Shown here: positions 35,760-42,242 of the stretch, piece after piece
Layout: every line of letters starts with the position of its first letter
Numbering within the stretch: position 1 is the stretch's first letter
Source: Magnetococcales bacterium HA3dbin3
GTDB lineage: Bacteria > Pseudomonadota > Magnetococcia > Magnetococcales > DC0425bin3
Direction: 5' to 3'
Assembly: GCA_002753495.1 (NCBI GenBank)
Contig: PEAJ01000002.1
Location: forward strand, 1 to 42,242
Length of the DNA stretch: 42,242 bases
Notes under the pieces: model-generated
Seen by the model: only the letters and a program-made list of their open reading frames with translations
Told to the model about the DNA's origin: nothing
Databases searched by the model: none
Position numbers and translations under genes: made by a program

Positions 35760-36560
35760 ATGCGAGGCGATGCCATGATGGGGTACTTGTTGAGCAGGTG
35801 GTGGTTTTACGGCATCATTGCCGCTGTGTCATTCCTGCTGTTTCTGTTTGCAAACTTGCCAGCCACTTTCGTCTACGAGACGTTGCGCGGTCGTCTTGCC
35901 CCCCTGCAGTTGGGCGACATCTCCGGAACCCTGTGGAGCGGTCGTGCCAGCCAGTTGGTCTACCCCCCGGTACGGTTGGAGTCGTTGCGCTGGGAGGTCA
36001 ATCCGCGGGATGTGGTGCGCGGCAAGCCGGCTGGTCTATTCTATGTCGGCAATTCAAAGCAGTTTCGCCTGCGCGGACGTCTCGATGCAAGCGACTGGAG
36101 TCGCCCGCGCCTGCAACAGGTGAACGGGGATACCAACATTCCGTTCCTTGCCAATTTATTCAAGGATTTCTCTTTCCAGATCAAAGGCGAGGTTGAGTTT
36201 GCCTTCGATGACTTCGCCATGCGCGCCAATAACTTTCCCGAGATCACCGGTCGGGTCGACGTGACCGGGCTCGAATTCGGCCCGCCATGGAAGGTCTACC
36301 TCGGCGACATCCGCCTGAATGCAGGCATGGAAGGGGACATGATCCTTGTCAAAGTCAACGATACCCGCAGCCCGCTGGCAATCAACATGGCCCTGAATCT
36401 CTGGGAGACCGGGCGCTATCGGCTCAAGGGTGTGATTGAGGTCCAGGCCGGGGATAACAAGGCGGCCATGGAGGAGTTTTTGCGCCAGAGCATGGGTCTT
36501 GTTCCCGATAATGGGCGTTTCCCCCTCAATTTTGCCGGGACGGTGCCCTATTTTCGCTGA
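35760..36560 (+). CDS. gspN: Type II secretion system protein GspN
   Basis: N-terminal TM WWFYGIIAAVSFLLFLFANLPA, then L.L.DISGTLWSGRA, which is typical of GspN. Last gene of the cluster. Confidence 0.78.
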   Translation: MRGDAMMGYLLSRWWFYGIIAAVSFLLFLFANLPATFVYETLRGRLAPLQLGDISGTLWSGRASQLVYPPVRLESLRWEVNPRDVVRGKPAGLFYVGNSKQFRLRGRLDASDWSRPRLQQVNGDTNIPFLANLFKDFSFQIKGEVEFAFDDFAMRANNFPEITGRVDVTGLEFGPPWKVYLGDIRLNAGMEGDMILVKVNDTRSPLAINMALNLWETGRYRLKGVIEVQAGDNKAAMEEFLRQSMGLVPDNGRFPLNFAGTVPYFR

Positions 36561-36734
36561 TGCACGCCATTCTGGCCGGCCGATCCGTATTGTTCCCGAG
36601 GATGCGAGACTCTTCGCGGGGGGGGCGGCGATAGGCTTTCTCCGGGGTTGTTGCCACCGTTCGCATGAGGTGCGGGTAGGGTTGCGGCGTAGCCCGCGCA
36701 TGCACCCGCTCTTGTCCGGAGCGGCAGGTGCCCC

Positions 36735-37226
36735 GTGATCATCGGCCTGATTTCCGATTCGCACGACCACATTGGCCACCTGCACAAGGCCAGTGCGGTA
36801 TTTCGGGAGTGGCAAGCAGAGCTGCTCGTTCATGCCGGCGACATGATCAGTCCCGGGGCGATGCGCCTGTTTCCGGAAAAAAATCTTGCCGCGGTGTTTG
36901 GCAACAACGATGGCGAACGGCACGGTCTGCTGCAATTGTTTCACGCGCGCGGCTGGCGTTTGCAGGGGGATTTCCTTGAATTGACACTGGATGGCAAACG
37001 AATGGCCGTTTATCACGGTACCATTGCCGCCATGCGCGAAGCCCTGATCGACAGTGGTCGCTATGACTACGTCGTGTCAGGGCATACGCATCAGCCGGAG
37101 CGGAGGGTCATCGGCACGACCCTGGCCCTCAACCCGGGAACTGCCCACGGCTTTGGCGGCGTGGCGACGGTGATGCTCCTCGACACCCACGACGACTCCG
37201 TGGAAATAATCGATTTGGGACGATGA
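36735..37226 (+). CDS. YfcE/MJ0936-family metallophosphoesterase
   Basis: GTG start. Motifs ISDSHD, HAGD, GNNDGE and SGHTHQP. 163 aa. Confidence 0.88.
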   Translation: MIIGLISDSHDHIGHLHKASAVFREWQAELLVHAGDMISPGAMRLFPEKNLAAVFGNNDGERHGLLQLFHARGWRLQGDFLELTLDGKRMAVYHGTIAAMREALIDSGRYDYVVSGHTHQPERRVIGTTLALNPGTAHGFGGVATVMLLDTHDDSVEIIDLGR

Positions 37227-39292
37227 ACGAAAAGAAACCCTATTTTCTTGTCGCCGACGACGACCCAGTCACCCGGTTGATGCTCTGCCGATTTTTGGAA
37301 AAAATTGGCTACGATGCCCTGGGGGTGAAAAACGGGGCAGAGGTGGTCGACCGCTTCGCCGAACGGGTGCCGGATGTCGTCCTGATGGATGCCAAGATGC
37401 CGGTCATGGATGGTTTCCAGGCTTGTCTGGAGATCAAGAAGCAACCGGAGTCGGCCCACGTTCCGGTCATCATGATCACCGGACTTAACGATGAAGAATC
37501 GGTTGACCGGGCGTTCGCGGTTGGTGCGACCGACTTTGTGCCCAAACCCATCCATTGGGCGATCCTGCGCAACCGGGTGCGCTACCTCCTGCAGGTGCTG
37601 AGCGCCGAGCGTCAACTCCACCTCGCCGCCAACGTCCTTGAGAGCACCGCCGAAGGCATTGTCGTCACCGATTCGGAGGCGACCATCCTCACCGTCAACC
37701 CGGCCTTCGAACGCATCACCGGTTACACGGCGGCGGAGGCAATCGGTCGACGCATGAGTCTGTTGCGATCAGGACGCCACGACGTCGCCTTCTACCGCCA
37801 CCTCTGGCATGCCCTTACCACCGCCAACAGCTGGCAGGGGGAGATCTGGAATCGGCGAAAGAATGGGGAGATCTACCCACAGTGGGCGCACATCAATGCC
37901 ATACGCTCCCCGCACGGACACACGACGAATTATGTGATGATCTTTTCGGACCTGACCGCCTCCAAGGAGTCCGAGGAGACTCTGCTCTATCTGGCCGGGC
38001 ACGATATCCTCACGGGCCTGCCCAATCGCCACCAGTTTCACGAACGTTTGGGGCAACTGCTTGCCGCGGCGCAGCGCGAACCGGGAAGCATGGTGGCTGT
38101 TTTCCTGCTCGACCTCGATCGCTTCAAAATGGTCAACGATACCATGGGCCACGATGTTGGTGACCGACTGCTGGTCGAGGTCAAGGAGCGGCTCATCGCC
38201 TGCACGCCTTCCCAGGCCACCCTGGCGCGTGTCGGCGGGGACGAGTTCGGTCTCATTCTGCCCCACCCAAAGAGCAGCGACGATCTTGTCACCCTGGCCC
38301 GACACATCCTTGACGACCTGGCCAAGCCCTATCGCGTCGGCGGGATGGAATTTTTCCTTGGTTGCAGCATCGGTATCGGCATCCATCCGCTCGATGGCGA
38401 GGATGTCGGGACCCTCACCAAGAATACCGACGCGGCCATGTCCCACGCCAAGGAACAGGGGCGCAACAACTGGCAATTTTATCGAAACGATTTCAACACC
38501 GCCTCCCTGGCGCGCATCATCCTCGAAAACAGTCTGCGCAGTGCCCTCGATCGCCAGGAGTTTTTGCTCTACTACCAGCCACAAATCGATCTGCGACAGA
38601 TGCGACTGGTCGGCGTGGAGGCCCTGATTCGCTGGAATCATCCGGAAAAGGGGTTGGTTTCGCCGGCGGAGTTCATCCCGCTTGCCGAGGCGACGGGCCT
38701 GATCATTCCCATGGGACAATGGGCCCTGTTGACCGCCTGTCGACAGGCCAAGGCGTGGCGACAGGCGGGGTATCCGCCCCTGCGCATGGGCGTCAACTTG
38801 TCGGGGATCCAGTTCAAACTCCCGAATTTTTCGCAACAAGTGCTTGCGACCCTGCAAGAGGTTGGCGTCGATCCACGCCATATCGAGTTGGAGTTGACCG
38901 AAAGCATTGCCATGGGTGATGTCGCCGAAAGCCTGGGCAAGTTGCAAACCCTCTCCCAGAGTTCCATTCGGCTGGCCATCGATGACTTTGGCACCGGCTT
39001 CTCCTCCTTCGGCTACCTGAAAAAATTTCCGATCAATACCCTAAAAATTGATCAATCCTTCGTGCGCACATGTACTTCCACGCCGGAGGATGCAGCCATC
39101 ATCCGTGCATTTATCGGCATTGCCCACAGCCTGGGTTTGCGGGTCATTGCCGAAGGGGTGGAGACAGAGGGACAATTGGCCTTTATGCGCGCCGAGCAAT
39201 GCGACGAGATCCAGGGGTACTATTTCAGTCGTCCGCTCGCAGCCGACGCCTTCCAGGCTTTCATGGACTCCTGGTTCAACGACAAGAGGTAA
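37223..39292 (+). CDS. Response regulator receiver - PAS - GGDEF - EAL protein (c-di-GMP turnover)
   Basis: The ATG overlaps the upstream stop (ATGA). REC domain with DDD, LMDAKMP and PKP. PAS block ILTVNPAFERITGY. Intact GGDEF (RVGGDEFGLIL) and intact EAL (VEALIRW, DDFGTGFSS, KIDQSF). Confidence 0.93.
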   Translation: MNEKKPYFLVADDDPVTRLMLCRFLEKIGYDALGVKNGAEVVDRFAERVPDVVLMDAKMPVMDGFQACLEIKKQPESAHVPVIMITGLNDEESVDRAFAVGATDFVPKPIHWAILRNRVRYLLQVLSAERQLHLAANVLESTAEGIVVTDSEATILTVNPAFERITGYTAAEAIGRRMSLLRSGRHDVAFYRHLWHALTTANSWQGEIWNRRKNGEIYPQWAHINAIRSPHGHTTNYVMIFSDLTASKESEETLLYLAGHDILTGLPNRHQFHERLGQLLAAAQREPGSMVAVFLLDLDRFKMVNDTMGHDVGDRLLVEVKERLIACTPSQATLARVGGDEFGLILPHPKSSDDLVTLARHILDDLAKPYRVGGMEFFLGCSIGIGIHPLDGEDVGTLTKNTDAAMSHAKEQGRNNWQFYRNDFNTASLARIILENSLRSALDRQEFLLYYQPQIDLRQMRLVGVEALIRWNHPEKGLVSPAEFIPLAEATGLIIPMGQWALLTACRQAKAWRQAGYPPLRMGVNLSGIQFKLPNFSQQVLATLQEVGVDPRHIELELTESIAMGDVAESLGKLQTLSQSSIRLAIDDFGTGFSSFGYLKKFPINTLKIDQSFVRTCTSTPEDAAIIRAFIGIAHSLGLRVIAEGVETEGQLAFMRAEQCDEIQGYYFSRPLAADAFQAFMDSWFNDKR

Positions 39293-39298
39293 TCCACC

Positions 39299-39973
39299 AT
39301 GTGGGCACCACGCTCCAAGAAAACGCTGGCCATCGTGTTGGTTGCGATGGCGGTGACGTTGATCGCCGCCCTGGTCACCCTGGCACACATCGCCCGGGAT
39401 CGCAGCGATGTCGTGCGCGTGCATCACCCCGCTGATCTCGTCGGCGTCCTCCTCCCCGAGCCCAAGACGCTTGATGATTTCGAGTTGACCGATCATCAGG
39501 GCGGGGTGTTCAATCTGGCGCGTCTGCGTGGCCAGTGGAGCATCCTCTTTTTTGGCTACACACATTGTCCGGATGTTTGCCCGATGGCGATGGGGTTCCT
39601 TGGCGAGGTCTTCTCCCGCCTGGGCGATAATCCTTTCGGCACGACGAAAATTCAGGGCATCTTCATCTCGGTCGATCCGAAACGGGATACGCCCGAGCTG
39701 CTGAAAGGTTACGTCGCCTTCTTCAATCCGGGCTTTTTGGGGGTCACCGGCAAGGAGGCGGTTCTGAAGGGGCTGACGCATCAGGTTGGGGCCTACTACG
39801 CCACCAACCAGGGTGGATCGGCCGACGCCTATGAAATCACCCACAGCTCGGCGTTTTTTCTGATTGCACCGACGGGAAAACTGGTCGGCATCATCTCTCC
39901 GAACAACACTCCGCCGGAGATGGCAGCGGAGAAAATCAAGCGTATCGTCAATTACATGGGAGGAGCAAAATGA
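39299..39973 (+). CDS. SCO1/SenC family copper chaperone / thiol-disulfide oxidoreductase
   Basis: N-terminal TM anchor, FFGYTHCPDVCP CxxxC motif, and a downstream conserved His (ITHSSAFFLI). Confidence 0.9.
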   Translation: MWAPRSKKTLAIVLVAMAVTLIAALVTLAHIARDRSDVVRVHHPADLVGVLLPEPKTLDDFELTDHQGGVFNLARLRGQWSILFFGYTHCPDVCPMAMGFLGEVFSRLGDNPFGTTKIQGIFISVDPKRDTPELLKGYVAFFNPGFLGVTGKEAVLKGLTHQVGAYYATNQGGSADAYEITHSSAFFLIAPTGKLVGIISPNNTPPEMAAEKIKRIVNYMGGAK

Positions 39974-40464
39974 AAATCTTTCACGGGTCTGCCGCGTTGG
40001 CTGCCGGGGCCCTGGCGCTGCTTTTGGCCGGGTCGGCCTTCTCCGAGACGGGTGGGGTTGTGGTCGACAAGGCCTGGGTGCGTGCCTATCCCCCGGGGAT
40101 TCAGGTGACAGCCGCCTACATGGTGGTAAAAAACACCTCGGACCAGCCAGCGGTGCTTGTCGGCATCTCCTGCTCGGACTTTGCCAAAACGGAGATCCAC
40201 GAAACCGTTCAACACCAGGGACAGGCCCACATGCAGGCGGTAAAGGAGCTTGCCATCCCGGCGCACGGCGAGGTTGTCCTGAAACCGGGTGGACATCACC
40301 TGATGCTCATCGCGCCGCAAAAGGATACCCGGCCCCATGCCGGTGATCGGATGACCTTGACCCTGACCTTTAAAGACGGAAAAAATGTTCCCGTGCAGGC
40401 GGTGGTGCGGAAGGATGCCGAGGGCAAACCGGCGGCGGGCGAGCATTCGCAGCACGCGCATTGA
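39970..40464 (+). CDS. Periplasmic copper chaperone PCu(A)C (DUF461)
   Basis: Signal peptide. Blocks AWVRA...AAYM.V.N and HE....M......IPA.G.V.LKPGGHHLML, the H/M copper-binding pattern. Overlaps the SCO1 stop (ATGA). Confidence 0.88.
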   Translation: MKIFHGSAALAAGALALLLAGSAFSETGGVVVDKAWVRAYPPGIQVTAAYMVVKNTSDQPAVLVGISCSDFAKTEIHETVQHQGQAHMQAVKELAIPAHGEVVLKPGGHHLMLIAPQKDTRPHAGDRMTLTLTFKDGKNVPVQAVVRKDAEGKPAAGEHSQHAH

Positions 40465-40679
40465 TGCCAACGGGTTGTGTCAGAGGATGAGGAGTCGCGG
40501 CGAAGGTTGGCCTGGGTAGCTTTCGTAATCGTGATTCAGTTTGCAACCGGCTCGTGCGCGGACGTGGGATGTGCGCGGGCCTCTCTTCGCGGGAGTTGCC
40601 CCCCCGGCGGGTGTGATTGCCCTCCGATGGCCATGTGCCGTGGCGGGGGTGTTCGAGGGGGGCGAGGGATGAGGGTGAC

Positions 40680-41645
40680 GTGAGCGTGCTGATCGAGGTC
40701 GAGGAGCTGCACAAGGAGTTCCGCTGGGTCAAGGCGGTGGATGGCATCTCCTTCCGTGTGCATCGGGGTGAGGTGCTGGGGTTTCTCGGACCCAACGGCG
40801 CCGGGAAGTCCACCACCATGCGCATGATCACCGGCTTTTTGCCACCGACGCGCGGGGATGTCCGCGTCGCCGGGTTTGACATGCGGCGGCAACCGCTTGA
40901 AGGAAAGCGTCGCCTGGGGTACCTCCCGGAAGGCTCCCCTGCCTATGCCGACATGACCCCGGCCGGCTTCCTCGATTTTATCGCCGGCGTTCGCCGCATG
41001 GGCACATTGGAGAGGAAGCGCCGCATCGAGGAGACCGCGGCCCTGGTGCATATCGAGCGGGTGATGTACCAACCGATCGAGACCCTGTCCAAGGGATTCA
41101 AGCGGCGCGTGGGGCTCGCGCAGGCCATCCTGCACGATCCGGAGGTGCTTGTCCTCGACGAGCCAACCGATGGTCTCGATCCCAACCAGAAGCAGGAGGT
41201 TCGCACGTTGATCCGGCAAATGGCCGCGAAAAAGGCGATCATCCTCTCCACGCACATCCTCGAGGAGGTGCAACCGGTTTGCACGCGGGTGGCGGTGATC
41301 GCGCGCGGGCAGCTTCTGGCCGATGAAACCCCGGAGGCCTTCGAAAGCCGCTCGCGTTATCACAATGCCGTCACCCTGGCCCTGAACGCCGTGCAGGCGG
41401 CCGCGGCACGACCGCTGTTGGCTGCCCTGCCAGATGTGATCGAGCTGCAAACCCTGGCTGAAAGCGAGGAACGCGTGGAGATGCGGCTGTTTCCCCGTCC
41501 CGGCGCTGCCGTTCCGATTGCGGCCATTGGCGCGCTAGCCCAGGCGCATGGCTGGTCACTGGAGAAGCTTTTCGTTGACCGCGGACACCTGGACGAGGCT
41601 TTCCGCACCTTGACCCAAACCACCGGGTCGTCGTCGCCATCTTGA
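40680..41645 (+). CDS. ABC transporter ATP-binding protein (ABC-2 / GldA-like subfamily)
   Basis: Walker A GPNGAGKST, signature LSKGFKRRVGLA, Walker B LVLDEP. Start taken at GTG 40680 just after GAGGG; the upstream ORF-track extension from 40617 is Gly/Arg-rich and not ABC-like. Confidence 0.9.
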   Translation: MSVLIEVEELHKEFRWVKAVDGISFRVHRGEVLGFLGPNGAGKSTTMRMITGFLPPTRGDVRVAGFDMRRQPLEGKRRLGYLPEGSPAYADMTPAGFLDFIAGVRRMGTLERKRRIEETAALVHIERVMYQPIETLSKGFKRRVGLAQAILHDPEVLVLDEPTDGLDPNQKQEVRTLIRQMAAKKAIILSTHILEEVQPVCTRVAVIARGQLLADETPEAFESRSRYHNAVTLALNAVQAAAARPLLAALPDVIELQTLAESEERVEMRLFPRPGAAVPIAAIGALAQAHGWSLEKLFVDRGHLDEAFRTLTQTTGSSSPS

Positions 41646-41810
41646 GAGGCTGCTTGAAAACGCCGGATTGCGCCGCCTAAGGCGAGGAAGGACGGCTTAA
41701 CAGATGCGCAGTGTACTGTGTCGTACATGAGCAATCGAGCACCGGTCTGACGAAGCCGCGGCAGGCAGGACGGTGTTTGCAAACAGCCTCTTGAGAGGGA
41801 ATCGAGAGTC

Positions 41811-42242
41811 ATGGGACGTTCCGTTGTCAGGGTATTTCAGCGCGAGATGACGGGGTATTTCTCCACCCCGATCGCCTATGTCTTTCTGGTCATTTTCCTT
41901 TCGCTCTCTGGCGTTTTCACCTTCAATGTCGGCAATTTTTTTGCGCGCGGGCAGGCGGATCTGCTCTCGTTTTTCACCTATCATCCCTGGCTTTACCTGT
42001 TTCTCATTCCGGCCTTGACCATGCGCCTGTGGGCCGAGGAACGCAAAAGCGGCTCGATCGAATTGCTCCTGACCTTGCCGATTCGTACCGTGGAGGCGGT
42101 CCTGGGCAAGTTTCTCGCCGCCTGGTGCTTCACCGCGGTGGCATTGGCGCTGACCTTTCCGCTCTGGCTGACGGTCAACTACCTGGGAGAGCCGGATAAC
42201 GGCGTCATTTTCGCAAGTTACATCGGCAGTCTGTTTCTGGCC
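41811..42242 (+). CDS. ABC-2 type transporter permease (GldF-like), 5' partial, runs off the window
   Basis: Not in the ORF track because it has no stop. My own translation from ATG 41811 gives MGRSVVRVFQREMTGYFSTPIAYVFLVIFLSLSG...RLWAEERKSGSIELLLTLPIR..., a typical ABC-2 permease N-terminus. It is open to the window edge. Confidence 0.8.
   Translation, partial: MGRSVVRVFQREMTGYFSTPIAYVFLVIFLSLSGVFTFNVGNFFARGQADLLSFFTYHPWLYLFLIPALTMRLWAEERKSGSIELLLTLPIRTVEAVLGKFLAAWCFTAVALALTFPLWLTVNYLGEPDNGVIFASYIGSLFLA

Overview
This is a visibly GC-rich proteobacterial chromosomal segment. It is coded almost entirely on the plus strand; hemH is the only convincing minus-strand gene. I saw no rRNA, tRNA, CRISPR array, transposase or integrase. 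Gene order: (1) recA and parC. (2) A stand-alone unit (sigma70-like promoter, two tandem terminators) for a 629-aa Ala/Thr/Ser-rich lipoprotein. (3) An outer-membrane beta-barrel gene plus a 1243-aa polysaccharide-export (OPX/Wza-family) protein with seven SLBB-like repeats, running with a 13-bp gap into cstA-ybdD. (4) A small 2-TM protein plus a TauE/SafE permease fused to tandem USP domains. (5) hemH, divergent from a CobB/CbiA/DsrN-type amidase gene. (6) dsrEFH followed directly by dsrJOP, with no dsrAB, dsrC, dsrMK or dsrL in the window. (7) A complete type II secretion cluster, gspCDEF and gspGHIJKLMN, interrupted by modBC without modA. (8) A metallophosphoesterase, a REC-PAS-GGDEF-EAL protein, SCO1 and PCuAC. 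(9) An ABC-2 type transporter ATPase and the 5' part of its permease. Best candidates for undescribed biology: (a) the envelope module at 3.7-11 kb, with no polysaccharide synthesis genes nearby; (b) the sulfur-related stretch at 13.7-22.4 kb, i.e. the regulated TauE-USP permease plus the re-ordered, partial dsr set; (c) the modBC-interrupted T2SS, whose secretin carries a 19-Gly tract and a long disordered tail, and which is preceded by a 125-bp inverted-repeat element. All functional calls rest on motif recognition by eye and recalled reference sequences. No database search was run.
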